Positions 1-14,074 of a DNA stretch of 64,000 nucleotides are shown in pieces. The DNA comes from the human T2T-CHM13v2.0 reference genome, Homo sapiens. The notes below the pieces were generated by a model. That model had not been told where the DNA came from. It ran no database searches and was given only the letters and a program-made list of their open reading frames with translations. The first letter of the stretch is position 1; each line of letters opens with the position of its first letter. The position numbers and the translations under genes are program-made. The stretch is from assembly GCF_009914755.1 (NCBI RefSeq), contig NC_060947.1. One strand, 5' to 3'.

Positions 1-427
1 TGAGTTATATCTACATTAGAAATTAAAATGGATAATTTTTAAGTATTTATTAATTTATTGAATAATATATAGATACCATTACATTTTAACATAAATGACA
101 CATTTTGTAATAAATAATTATATAGTATTTTGCAAAACCCAAAAAATTAGTGAGAATAGTGGCATTGTTTTACATTTTTGAAGTTCTCTTTCATGTTTGG
201 CTTAACGAAAAACAGGCGGACTCTCATAGCTACTTTTGCATGTAAATTCTTGTGATTTCACATGTCATGTGGTCTCTGAAAAACTACACTGTACACTCCT
301 GAGAGAATTACAGTAAAAGAGATAAATAACACTTTTATGGTATTATGAAAATAGTTTTACTTTATAGATGCTTTGACAGGTCTTGGAATTCCTAGTGGTT
401 GCTAGACCTCACATTGAGAACCACTAT
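1..427. mobile_element. hAT/Charlie1-like DNA transposon fragment (one terminus)
   Basis: Recognisable Charlie1-type body (aaaattagtgagaatagtggcattgttttacatttttg) ending in the hAT terminus-like cacattgagaaccact; left part outside window. Confidence 0.65.
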
Positions 428-689
428 TTTATCTTCACCATAGAATGTTTTCTTCCAATCTTTCTAGTTGTTTCTTCATAGTCTGCTTAGCAGATTCCTT
501 TTCCCTGGGCTTCTTGAACACCAGTATTTCCCAGAGTTCAAGTCTTCATACTCCTTTTTCCTTCCTACTCCTACGATTTTGGTGTCCTCAACGGTAGTTA
601 CCTCCAAAGTTTCAGCACCAAATATTTAATAATGTTCTAGGTATCTCTACCTGTAGGTCCATTTTCACCCTTAAGCCTCTTCCTTCCAT

Positions 690-1215
690 TTGCTATCTAT
701 CTTGACTAATAGCATCACCATCTACCCAGTCCCTAAGCCAGATAACAACATTCTCTCCTGATACATCTTATTAGTCACTAAGTCAAGTGAGTTTTATCAT
801 TTAAATATTTCTCCATTCCATCTCCTCCTTCTCCATTACCAGAAGTTTATGCTCTCACTATCACTAATCTGTATTACTAATATAGTCTTCTAATTTATCT
901 CCATGTTTTCAATTTTACAAACCCATCGTCCTGCCTGCCAAACCCAACTTCAATACTGCCATTAGGGTGATTTTTCTAAATGTAAGTCTGAGCAAATAAT
1001 TGTCTTGCCCTAATGAAAAACCACAACAACTCTCCATTTGTTCTGGGAATAAATTTCAAGGTCCTTACCATGGCTTAAAATGCCTTCCATAATCAGCTCC
1101 TGCTTACCGTCTTCATTTCCTGCCACCTTTCTGTATCTTTCCTTTTTTGCTTCCCCAGGTATTGCAATATATTTGTATTTATTAAAACATACTATGCTTT
1201 TCAACCTTTCTGTGA
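690..1215 (+). mobile_element. L2 LINE 3' fragment
   Basis: Typical L2 segments (catcaccatctacccagt..., gccattagggtgatttttctaaatgtaagtctga, gtccttaccatggc); boundaries approximate. Confidence 0.55.
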
Positions 1216-2824
1216 AGCAAATATTGCTGAACCCTAAATGGATAAGCCTCCACCCTGTAAGATGCCACCTGTTAGTGTTGACTATGATAAATCAGATATT
1301 TTGTTGGTGATACTGGCCCTCCCCACTCTGGCTGTTCTAGATAAAAATTTAGTCATATTTCTGAAGTTTAAAATGGGTTAACCTGCCATCTGTTTAAAAG
1401 CCATTGCTCTAATTTAGTTTATTCTTATTCACTTCAGAGTAAGTATAGCTTAACGACTTATGCAATGTGGCTCTAAAATATTCACATATCTATGTATGCA
1501 CTATATATACAATTTGGGTGGAGAGAAACTGAGTTAAACAGGAGCTAAATTTCTTCTTTATGAAATAGAATTCAAGTTATTTACTGTGAAGTCATAGATT
1601 TCTTGAGAGATTTTTTTTTTGGTCTGAGTTTGCATGATTGATTCTTACTGTTCTAAAATGTCTTAAGCATGCAAAACTCCAAAATGACTAACCTCCTGTC
1701 CAGTCCCCCTTTATTATGCCTACCAGTAGATCTTTATCTATTTCACAGAGTCTCATTTTAATTTTCCTAGCCGGGCTAAGAAAGTACTGTATGAGAAGTA
1801 CTTAGTAGAGTGATTGCCTCTCCTTGAGACAATAATCTCTTGATGCAAGACATATATTTAGTATCTACTACTTGTTCACCCAATAAATTATTTCTCTTAC
1901 TCTGTGTCTTAAATACATTCTGGAGTTCTAAGAAAAAAAAATAAGTGCAGTATTTGCCTTTCACCAAGATGCCCTTAGTCTGAACAACAGGACCTAACTC
2001 TGATTCTAGAAATTAGTTTTATTTGACATGGATTCATCATGTCATTTTAGTATGTTTAATTTGGATTGGATTTATACTTTTATTTATGACAGGCAAGAGT
2101 GCCACTTAACATGGTGGGGATAAAACTTATGGAATATATTATACCAAAAGGTGATGTAAGAAGAGTCTATAAATCTTTTTTAAAGAAAGGTTCTGGTAAA
2201 TGCATGGATAGCAGATTTGTAATTAGACTGAAGTCATACCACCATTTTCCAGATCCCTGCTTAGAGACATTGCTAGAAGGTTGGTAGATTCATGAATAGG
2301 AGGAAAAGTCAATGCTAATATAAAAACTGTCAGTATTATCATGATTGGGTCTATAAGAGTGAATTGGAAGAAGTAATAAGTATTAAGCATGACAGCAAAA
2401 GGATTGATAACGGTCTATAGGATAATGTGAAATGCTTTTTAGCATTTTATGCTGAGTCATTTCTTGAATGTTATAAGCTGTAATGCATTTTAATGAAAAC
2501 GTGTTTCAACCTAGATATGGCCTTCAGATAAAAATACAAAACCATTTGAAGGGTCAAAACATCATAGAAGAGGGATATTAGTAAAATAAAGGCAAAGTGA
2601 CAGCTATTTCAGACCAGGCAGAAGGAAACAACAAACTCATTAGAGGATTCTTGTGAGACAGACATTCATGCTCTGAAAAATTGTTTTAGATGACTTTGGA
2701 AAGAAGGGAAACAAAAGCAGTTCATGTTAGGATGAATTATATCCTCATTACCCTTACCCCAGCTCAAACTAAATAATCTTCATAATAATTCTATTTCACT
2801 AATAATTATCATTAATCTTTATTC

Positions 2825-2990
2825 AGCTGTGCTAAGCAATGTCCTGAGTGTTTTACAAGCTTCAACTCATTTAATTATAAAGACAATCCTTGAAGAAAGT
2901 ATTATCAACATTCCCATTTTATAGATGAGGAAACGTAGGCACAGAAAGATTAATGAAGTTGCTAGCACTATAAGTGAAAGAGTTGGGCTT
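2825..2990 (-). mobile_element. MIR SINE
   Basis: MIR core cccattttatagatgaggaaac. Confidence 0.65.
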
Positions 2991-5059
2991 TGGTAAGCAT
3001 ATTTATCTACATTTAGCAAATACTGTGTGAGGGAGCATTTTTATATTTAGATTTAATGGGGAAAAAACTCCATTTCTATCCTCTCTGTTAAAAAAAATCT
3101 AAATTCTTGAATTTTCCAAAGTCAGCACATGCCACAGTCCACTTTATGTCTTCCCTGTATAGTGAGGTATTTGCACTTTCTTTTTGAGGCGGACAAAATG
3201 AACACACACCACTCCTTTCATTCTATTATTTTCAGCACTCTTTTACTCCACTGTAGTAAACCCCCAAAATAGGGCAATTTGGGCCAGTGCAAAGAGGCAA
3301 AAAAAGCACTTGAATCTATGTTATTGAATTTTGCTGCAGAGAGCAACATGAAGAAGGCCCTTTGCCCTCTTGAATAGTTTCATCTCTAACCTTTGGATCA
3401 GAGAACTGGGTACAAAACTCTATCTCTTCTAGTTCTATATTGTTAATATCCATTGTGGTCAGCTTTCTACATGTAGGCTATATAGTATGTCATGACAAGA
3501 TTTATGGACTGAAATTATTTCATCTGCACAGTTGGAATACTACCTGTATCCCCTGAAGGTGGTATGGATTGCTACTAATCTCATGGCAAAGGAAAAGGAT
3601 CATCCATGTCATTAACTAATGATAATGGGTACGAGAGCCAGAAACCCCTACTCTTCAGCTCATTCAATGTAACAGCGCACTTGACCCCAGGCACAATGTA
3701 TTCATGTGAGTTTCCATGTATGTGAGATTCTGTAGCCTCTTATACAATCTGCTGACTGTGAAGAAACTTGATCAAAACATCAAAGATTGCCAGAGAAGCT
3801 GTGTTTGTGCCCTTCACAACCACTGATGAAGTACCTTAACCTCGCCTTCTCTTGACACCTTGCATATGGTCATCTGTCTTCCTGACTACTACTTCATATG
3901 GCTTATTTGTAAATTCAAGCAAATGTGCTTCTGACTGGCACTGATACATCACTGATGCCAAAATATCAGAAAAGATGAAGCATAAGGACATACTTTTTGA
4001 TTCAGATGGAAAATATTACAGATTTACGAGGAAGTGATGACAATAGCCATTCCATGCTATCTTCATATAATCAGTATTTTTCCATGCCTCTCTTCACCAA
4101 CTTTTTTGAACTCAAAACTTATTCAAAGGAATGATTTTTTTCCCTGATCCAAAAGGTATAGTGGGTAGGTGTGGAGATAGGACTGGTTGGCTGAACAACC
4201 CAGCTCTGGCTTTTCACGTGCTGGATTTCCACTGCTTTCCAATGACCACTTACAGAGCTATAATGCACAGAATGACTATTGATGTCCCATTGATATCGAT
4301 GCGATTTCCCCTAGTGGATTGAGGGCAGCACAGCATACAGCCATTAGTATCTAAAGGTTATGTATAATGGATAATAGAGGAAAATGAAATAGCAGAAAGG
4401 AATTTGCATGGGAAACAGAAGCAGCAAGTAGTTTCAGTGAAAGATTTTACTTGGGTTATACAGCAACTGCAAATGGGGATTGAAAAAAATGATGACTTAC
4501 AGACTCAGCAATAGTCGAGAATGAAATGGTTTCATATTTTGAAATATAATACTTTTTTATTTCAACCACAGAAAGCCATTTAAAAATCATCTTGTATATT
4601 ACAGCTCTTATGTGCTATCTTTCACCTGAATGCCTATTTATGAATTTTTACTCTATCCTTCTGAGGTGGTCACCAATATGGCACAGATGGGATAAATCAA
4701 GAGAGATTTTTACTGACTTATCCAGTCACATAATGTCCAGTTCATGACAGAACCAGGAACAAAGTTCCAGTGTTTGCCATAAACATCTTCTCATATTGAA
4801 CCCACTCAAGTTACTGTGCCAGCATTTAGCCTGATATTTCTGCATCTAAAAAATCTCCCAGTAAATGATTTCAACAAATATTGCTTACCAATCAACCAAT
4901 CTTAGTGGCACTCACCATGGGAATAGATGACTTGGTATATCTAATTGAATTTGTAATTTAATAAGAAAAAATATCTGGTGGATTTATTCAGTAGACTGAG
5001 AAGTAAACAAGTTATAAAGTTTACTTCAGTGCTAGAAGAGCAGCAAGGCCTAGCACTCA

Positions 5060-5660
5060 AGAGTCAGTCTGCTCTGGCTTGAAGCTCAGCATCCTTATTT
5101 CTTAGCAAGGCACCCTCTTAATCTCAAAAGTGGCCTCTATGTGACCTCTTAACTTTGTTGAGCCTCAGTTTCCCCATTTATAAAATACATATGTATTGAT
5201 ACCTATCCTTAAGGATTGTTGTGAGAATTAAATGTGCTCATACAAGGAAAGAGCTTAGCATAATTCATTTTTTTCCAACAAACTTTTACTGAAAGGGCTT
5301 ACACGTGCCAGGCACTGTTCTTGGTGCTGAGATACAGCCATGAACAAAATTGTTAATTCTGGGAACTAGTGAATTTTAATCGTGAATAATAATTATGATG
5401 GTAACAATGGTAATATTAATGATAATATTTAACATTTATAGGCTACTTACTATATTTCAGGCACTACTCCATGTGCTTTACTTATATTAACTCATTTAAT
5501 TCTTCTAACAATCCTATGCTATAGGTACGATTTTAAGCCTGTTTTACAGATGAGGAAATGGAGACCTGAAAAGGTTAAGTAACTCACCCAAGGAAACACA
5601 CCTAATAAGTGGCAGAGGTCTGAAAAATCTATGTTAATAACTATTGAACTATACTGTCTT
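5060..5660. mobile_element. Cluster: MIR (+), L2 3' end (-), MIR (-)
   Basis: gagcctcagtttccccatttataaaat (MIR +); gtgccaggcactgttcttggtgctgagatacagc (L2 end); ttttacagatgaggaaatggag...ggttaagtaactcacccaagg (MIR -). Confidence 0.65.
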
Positions 5661-7396
5661 ACTTCCATGCCAAATTGATATGCCATTGTTTATTCTATTA
5701 AAAAAGACAGTCCTTGAAATAACTGAAATGTTCCACTTTTGCTGATGAAATGAATAAACATACAACTGAATTAAACAAGTTTCAGAATATGTAATAAAAT
5801 TTTGATATGGGAGTGGCCATAATAATAAATTTAAATAGAAAATTAGTATTAAACATGGTATAAACCTAAATAAAGAGCTTGCTATTACTTGAGCTTGTTT
5901 ACACCAAGGGTTAGGCCTTGTATCTAAAACATTATCTCTCTATATAGTAAAAGTTAATAGAAAATAACCCATATAAAAGTTTATCTCAATTGAGCAAGAC
6001 CATTTTAAAGGGACTCTAATGTATTTAAACTTTTTATATTATTCCTTGTTCTCAATGATATATGAAAATCATGTTTGAGTTGTAGAACTTTCTCATCCTT
6101 CGCCTCCATTCCTTCAGCAGTATTTCTCATTACAGGTCACCACAAACCAAATAAACACACATGTTGGGTTATCCTGAAATGTCTGAGATAAAAGACACAG
6201 TTTTGATATTATAGGGTAATATAATCCATGTTAAATAGAAGCATTGTTCAAATATATTCAGCTTGTGTGATGAAAATATAAAAGAGAGAATCATGAACAT
6301 CAGCGCAGGCTATGATCCTATACTGTTTACATCATCAGTGACCTCCCTACAAAATATAGCCGTTTATTTACTTACCATCCACTGGTCTATGATGCCCACA
6401 CAAACTCATTATGTGAACTTTTAGATTATTCTCATTTTAGATAAATGGGAATCAACCAAATGTACTTTATTACTTAAAGAAAGTCTAAGTCTCTTTTTAT
6501 CTGCCACTCAAAATCATATTCATTGTCTCTTAGTGGGTAAATCTGCTTCAAATAGGTAACTGGGGTAAACCTGAAAATAATTTATTAGGGATATACTTGG
6601 ATAGACTTTGTTTTCTACAATGACATTCTATTCCTTCTAGGAATAGTGCTGCCACAAAATACACACATTTCTTAAGTCAGTTTACATTTTAGACTGCAGA
6701 ACCACTCAAGAAAGTAAATTAATATTCAGTCACAATAAAATGACATCCAGAAAAATCAATACAATTTGCTACCAAATGAGGGTGACTTTAATCAGGGTGA
6801 CTCAAGAACAACAACATTTTTCCTAAAAGTGGAAAGAGCACCTTATAACTGCTCTCTGCTTTACTTTTCAAGACATAGTAACTAAACAATTTTGCAGTCA
6901 TTTACCTAGTGAAATAAGAATACATTTTTTGGTCACAGTGTAAAAATCTGAATTCTTGGGAAGAAATTATGTACTGAATTTTCTGATAGCTTCCAAATAA
7001 CTGGGGCTTTAATGAAATTGCTACCTGAAAATTCCGTAGCAGTATTATTGTTTAACTGTAATTTAAGAAGCTATTGTAGATTGGTACTTATGACTTCTAA
7101 TGGGAAAACCATAACAACCTTTTAATTGAAGGGAAAATGGTTAACTACAGTAATTGCGATCAATAAGACTGTGTTAGTAGTATAAATATTTCTTCTCAAA
7201 GAGCATTCCTTACTCTCCTCAGCAGTATTTAAGGTTAGGAAGAAAAAAAAAAAAGAAGAAAATCAATTTGTTATCATACTAAGCCTAGGTCCAAATGTGT
7301 ACATGCCAGAATCGAGAGAAAAACCCCCCATTCCCACCACAAGCAAAACAAGACTTTGATTAAGAACAAAACTGAGGCATGACAAAAAGGACTTAC

Positions 7397-7635
7397 CAAT
7401 CACATAGGCTAGTAACAAGGCCAAAGTCACTGTGATTGCAGTGGCGCTCAATGCTGTGCACTTCCAGTTGCAGCACCTGTAAGGTTTGTTAAAGGTAAAG
7501 GCAGGTCGGGAAAAGGTGCTTCGAGGAAGAGGCCTGGGAGGGGGCGAGTACACGGTATTGGATGTCAGAGGGTAGTTCTGACTGGCTGCACTGAAGATCG
7601 CAGAGGAACCAGATCCATGTTTGAACAGGAAATGC
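7397..7635 (-). CDS. TENM1: Teneurin-1 internal coding exon (239 nt; probably exon 5): juxtamembrane region and most of the transmembrane helix
   Basis: Encodes [79 protein letters not shown]; acceptor ttttcacag|G at 7635, donor ATTG|gtaagt at 7397; the phase-2 start matches the end of the 39341-39581 exon (AG+G=Arg). Confidence 0.96.
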
Positions 7636-8084
7636 CTGTGAAAAGGAAACACAAGTTTGGGCTATAAAAAGCAAAGCCAGTTGCTACAAAAACACAAACT
7701 CCATTAATTTCAAACAATCATGCTATAGCCAAGCTCAAGAGAACTGGATGGAGCTCAGCAACATTTTCATATACCTAAGAGATAATTCTAAATTGCCCTT
7801 GTTGTTCTCTCTCTTTTCTTTGTCTTTTTTTTTCTTTTTTCATCTAGACCTTTAAGAAACAGGCCTTGTGTTCCCCGATTTGCTGGCTAGTGAGTGCTAA
7901 CATTCCACATTTGGTGTTACACACTACACCCTTCCCTTTCATTAAATATGATCATCAAGAGTTGATTCAAAAACAGAGATGCATCATTAGGCATTTTGAT
8001 CATTAGAATGGCCTAGACACCAGTGTTTGAGATTATCCTCACTACCAAACTTTAGAGACTAGCTTCACAGCCATATTTTCATTC

Positions 8085-8960
<876 letters not shown>

Positions 8961-9114
8961 ATTACTAAAGAATGATTGTTGAGTGTTCATGACTATTGTA
9001 ATATGGGCATTTTGTAAACAGTAGTAATGTATTCACATGGAAGGAGTTGCCAAAAACAAATAAATAAATAAATAAAATTGCATATACTTCTTTTATACAA
9101 CAAATAAATAAAAG

Positions 9115-9330
9115 TACTTTTATACTTGCTAAGTGCCAAGTGTTGTGCTGAACACTCATTAGTATCTCTTTTGCTCTTTACTCTTATGAAATAGTCTATA
9201 TTATTCTCATTGTGTATTTATAGAAATGGAGACCAAAAGAGGTTAAACAACTTGCCCAAACTCACCTAGCAAGTGAAGGACAGAGCCAGAATCAGAATCT
9301 AGGTCATTTGGGGTTCCAAAGTCCTTAATC
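9115..9330 (-). mobile_element. MIR (host of nested insertions; short remainder after 10423)
   Basis: gaggttaaacaacttgcccaaactcacctagcaagtg core. Confidence 0.6.
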
Positions 9331-9686
9331 TTTTTTTTTTTTTTTTTTTTTGAGACGGAGTCTCGCTGTCACCCAGGCTGTAGTACAGTGGCACGATCTC
9401 ATTCACTGCACTCCAGCCTGTAACTTCCAGATCTCACTGCACTCCAGCCTGTAACTCCAGCTCACTGTAACTTCCACCTCCTGGGTTCAAGCAATTCTCC
9501 TGCCTCAGCCTCGCAAGTAGCTGAGACCACAGGCTGCCGCCCTGCCTGGCTAATTTTTTGTATTTTAGTAGAGACGGGGTTTCACCATGTTGCCCAGGCT
9601 GGTCTTGAACTCCTGAGCTCAGGCAATCCGCCTACCTCAGCCTCCTAAAGTGCTAGGATTACAGGCATGAGCCACTGTGCCTGGCC
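9331..9686 (-). mobile_element. AluS with ~60-bp internal rearrangement
   Basis: Poly-T head, both arms, extra repeats at 9403-9461. Confidence 0.92.
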
Positions 9687-9689
9687 AAT

Positions 9690-10407
9690 CATTTTTTATA
9701 AACTTTTTTCTTTTCTTTTTTATCTTTAATTGACATATATAACAATTGTGCATATTTATGGGGTACATATGAGACAGGAATAATATAGTGTGGTTGCAGG
9801 AGAATAAAAAAATTCCAGGCAGCAGTTTCACATGATTAGAGGCTATGGGCTATTAAGACCCTGAATAATAGGATTTGAACCAAGCTGGCTAAGACTGACT
9901 GGACCCAACGTGGTGCGGGATTTGACCTAGGTTTCACCTCGGACTTCATTATATCCTCATTAACATACTAAATCACGCAACCCACCAGCACCATGACAGT
10001 TCCAGAAATACCCATGTTTGGTGTAAAAATGGGTGGCACCACAGTTCCGATAAATCTCCACCTTTTTACAGGAATTTTCATGAATATTCTACCCCTTGAA
10101 TAAACAAACCCCAAAAGGTAGCAGCTCCAAACCCCCTTGTGGGTGATTCTCTCTTGAGTACACTTATACTCCCTTTTCTTGAGTGTGTACATTTCCCTTT
10201 GCAATAAATGTCCATACTTCCACTATTTTCCAACTTGTCTTTGAGTTCATTCTTGCAACAGTGTCAAGAGCCTGGACACCAGCTGTGGCCAAGATCCCGC
10301 CAGCATTTGGGGACTTCCCCCAGCCTACCAGCATCACATAGTGTTGTTTCAATACATATACATGTAGAATGAGCAGATCAGGATAATTAGCATATTCATC
10401 ACCTTGA
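9690..10407 (-). mobile_element. Very short L1 (L1MA-like) 3'-end insertion, split by an LTR
   Basis: tttaattgacatatataacaattgtgcatatttatggggtacata resumes as gtgttgtttcaatacatatac...gatcaggataattagcatattcatcacc; outer TSD ccaaagtc(c/t)ttaatct at 9316-9331 and 10408-10423. Confidence 0.75.
9770..10336 (+). mobile_element. ERV1-class solo LTR (MER4-group-like; subfamily unassigned)
   Basis: TG...CA termini, 4-bp TSD cata at 9766-9769 and 10337-10340, AATAAA near 10203. Confidence 0.85.
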
Positions 10408-10719
10408 CCAAAGTCTTTAATCTTAAGCAGTCTACCGTATTACCTGGGGCAGTAAAATAACAAAACACATTCGAGTGCTACATTTTAATGTACAACAAAA
10501 AATTTCACTAAGCATAAAGCCAACATCACCTTGTACATGTAATGTGTGCACAAATGCATAAATTACTAACATTATTTTAAGACTGACTTCTAGCTTCCAT
10601 ATTTAAAGAACAAAAGCATATGTATTTAAAGGGATTAAAAAAACCCTATATGAATGTTAATGGAAAATACCCACAACAGAGAATTTTGCTTCAGTATCAT
10701 GAGGTTAAAAATTTTTTAA

Positions 10720-11290
10720 AGGACTGGGTTGCTGAGGGGAGTACAGATTCACAGGTCTTTCTGGAGGGCAATTTGGCATTATGTATCAAATGACTTTAAA
10801 AATGCCTATTCTTTGATGCAATAATTATGGCTATAGGAATTTTTCCTCAGGAAATGATGTGTATGACAATCCATATAAGAAGCCATTCATTGCAATGTTA
10901 TTTATAATAGCAAAAAATAAACATCTAAATGCCCAGTAATTGCTATTTCATTAAGTAAATTATTTTATAAACACATAATGTAGTACTACACAATCATTAC
11001 AAATTGCGTGGCAAATGACTGTCTATTCACTGGGAAAAGTGTTTACAGATATTACCAAGCAAAAAAAGGCAGGCTTCAAAAGAGTATGGGCAACGTTATT
11101 CAATTTTTAAAGGAAAAAAAGTACATATGTTCAAGGAAAATAATAATTTATGTTACCTTTGTATGGTAGGGGTATTTTCTGAACTTTTCTGCCTTGAGCT
11201 TGTATTGATTTTGTAACTAAGATAAAAAAAAAGATTCATGAGTATTAGGGAGTGGAAAACATTTACAGGATAACACCAACCACAGGAATA
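10720..11290 (+). mobile_element. Ancient L1M(E-like) 3' fragment
   Basis: ctggagggcaatttggca..., ttcattgcaatgttatttataatagcaaaaaa. Confidence 0.55.
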
Positions 11291-11499
11291 GTTGGTTCCA
11301 TTTAAGTTAACGTGATTTATTGAGCGCCTAGATGGGCCAGGCTCCAAGTTAGGCACTTTGTCTCCAATTTTGATCCTTATATGTCTGTGAAGTTGATACT
11401 ATTATCCTAATCTTCTAGATGACTGAACTGAGACCCAAAGAGGTTTAGTAGGAGTAGAGCGGTGATAATAGTAATTATTATAATAATGTTAGTAAGAGA

Positions 11500-11740
11500 T
11501 AACATTTGAGTGATTATTTTTGACAGGCATTGCTCTAAATACTTCACAAAGTATTATATTATTTAATCTTCATAACAACTTTATTACAGTCGATATCTCT
11601 ATTTTACAGATGAGACGATCTAAGCACAGAGAGGTTAAGTCACTTTTCCTTGGCCCCACAGCTAGTAATTGATTAAACTGAGTTTCAAACCCAGGCAGTC
11701 TGGCTGCAGAGCCACTGCTCTTAAACAATATACTATAACA
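11500..11740 (-). mobile_element. MIR SINE
   Basis: attttacagatgaga...cacagagaggttaagtcact...ttcaaacccaggcagtctggct. Confidence 0.75.
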
Positions 11741-14074
11741 TAGTGTATTGTTTGTGATGGGAATACAGGCCTGTTGAGGCATAGAATAAGTATGCTTTGT
11801 GTTGAATTTGGCATGAGGATGATGTTTAACTGAGCCACACTATTACATTCCTTTTCTGACTAATAACAAGAATGTGAGAATGATGGCTACAGAATCACAG
11901 AGTTGGAAGGGACCCGCAGAAATCATCTAGTAGCCCATCCCTCTCATTTTGACGTTAGGGAAACTGAGGCCAAGAGAATGAAACTTTCTTACTTAAAAAT
12001 AACATAGCTAGCTAATAGGCATGGATGAAACTGAAATCTGGGGCTTCCAAAATAGTGTATTTACATTACCCCATGCTACTTGACAACCACAGTCTTCACC
12101 AGATTAGCATCAGGTTCTAATCATCTGGGTTAACTGACCTGGGCCCAACAAATACTATCTGTTCAAACAGTACTACATAATACACATCTATTCTTCTGTA
12201 TGTCAAATGTTCTTCTAGTAAATTTTAAAGACTGTCTTAACTATTTTGGATGAATGGGTAAGCATTACAAAGAAACTACCCTTTAGTTGATGAAAACCTA
12301 AAAGAGTTACTACTGCTTCTAAAGGCACCTAATTTATCCCCAGAATGAAGAAACAATATAAAAATAATAATAAGATTAAGTATATTTTAATGAATAAGTG
12401 ACTCTTAGTTGTCCTCTTTTCATTTGATTGTGCTGTTACTTTAAGGCTTTTAAATAAATAACCTCCTCCGCACCATAAAAAGATGAATTTCTTTTTTAAT
12501 GTCTGCTTAACTCTCCCAGACTGTTTTTTTCCCCTTTGACCATTTCATTTACTAGTGAGCAAGAAGTGTAGCACTATACAGGCAGCGTAGGGATGTAGCC
12601 TCCCTACCTCCCCACTCCTGCCCTGTGGTTACTTTGGAGGTGACAAAATGTCACATATTATGGATTCGATGCAGCAACACTCTGATATGGTCCTATGGGA
12701 CAAAGGAGAAACCCAGCAGAATGAGGTTCCTTTACTTAATGTTTGGAGATAAAATCTTCAATCTTTTGCACATTTATGAAGGAGAATAATTGGATTTTTG
12801 AGACAATGTAAGTGTTCCAATATGTTGGATATTGATTTGGTTTGGTATAATATTAAGAGGTGGAAGGAAGGAAAACAAAAGACAGAGAATTGTTGGCTAT
12901 TATGACGGCAATTACAAGAATAATCAATATCCCTGAGCCCTGTAATTTCATCCTGATGTACACCAAAGGATTTCCAAATGCAGTTTCATAAGTAAAATAT
13001 TACAGCATAATGAATAAATTCAACAGTTGCAGCAGAACAACATTTAAACTAATTTTTATTTGAGTGGAATCCAAATCACGGTTCTCAATGAGGGTAGATA
13101 ATAAAATGAGTTCATGTACTAAGGTTCTTGTTTTCTTATTAACAAACTCAGATTAAGATTCTATGCTGAAAGTGATCTGTACTTTGTTGTGAACCATGAA
13201 AAAGAGCAATGCAAATGACGTGTTTTGTCATAGGCTTTGCAGTCCATTGTTGGAAAGTCAAACTAGTGCCTAAATGTGTTTTCATAGTCCCTGAAAGAAG
13301 CAGGAGCAGAAAGACAAATGCTCAGTGCTAGATGTTAGCTATGTGCTCATACAATCAGATCATCTGTCTAAGCACATTGCTTTTCCCTGGGGACCTGAGG
13401 ATATACTAAAATGTTGCTATCAATTTCATACAATTGGGTTTTTTTCCACAGAGCAAATGATAAAAATGCAGTTCAAGAGTTTATGTGTAAGTAGTACTCT
13501 TCTTTGCATCTGTTTTAATATTCAAGTTCAAATTTAAAAAGGAAAGGCAAGATATTACCAAAAGGAAATGGGCATATAAAGAAATTAAAAAAAAAATCTT
13601 CAAGAATGATGAGACCCAGTGGTGGTAAATGGGAATATAATAAATGCCCCTGTAAGGATTTTAAAATCATCTATAAAAAAGGGGAAAATGTGCTCTCTAT
13701 TTTTAAACCCCTCATACTACATAATTCTGAGGGTATCTGCTAGCACTAAATAATGTGATTTAATGTGGCACTTAAAATTCTATAGGAAACAGACAGAAAT
13801 CTATGACTTTCTAACAACAGATGCATAAATAACCAATGATTTTTTTCTTTTACATCTTGTAAACATTCTTATGAGACGCATATCTATACCTATATTCCCT
13901 TAGCTATAAGCATCTGACTCATTTTTGTACCCAGAAGAAGGAATTCAACTTGCTTCCAGTAGAAGCTGAGGTTGGGTTTTTAAAAACAAGAAGACTAGAA
14001 GTTAATAGGACCAAACCATATTTGGATAGCATAGTAGAATTTAGGTATTTTTTTAAAAAAACAAATTATAAAAT

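Noticed and set aside
7263-7652. ORF-track 129-aa ORF as a standalone gene
   Set aside because: It is the TENM1 exon plus read-through into introns on both sides; the splice sites define 7397-7635
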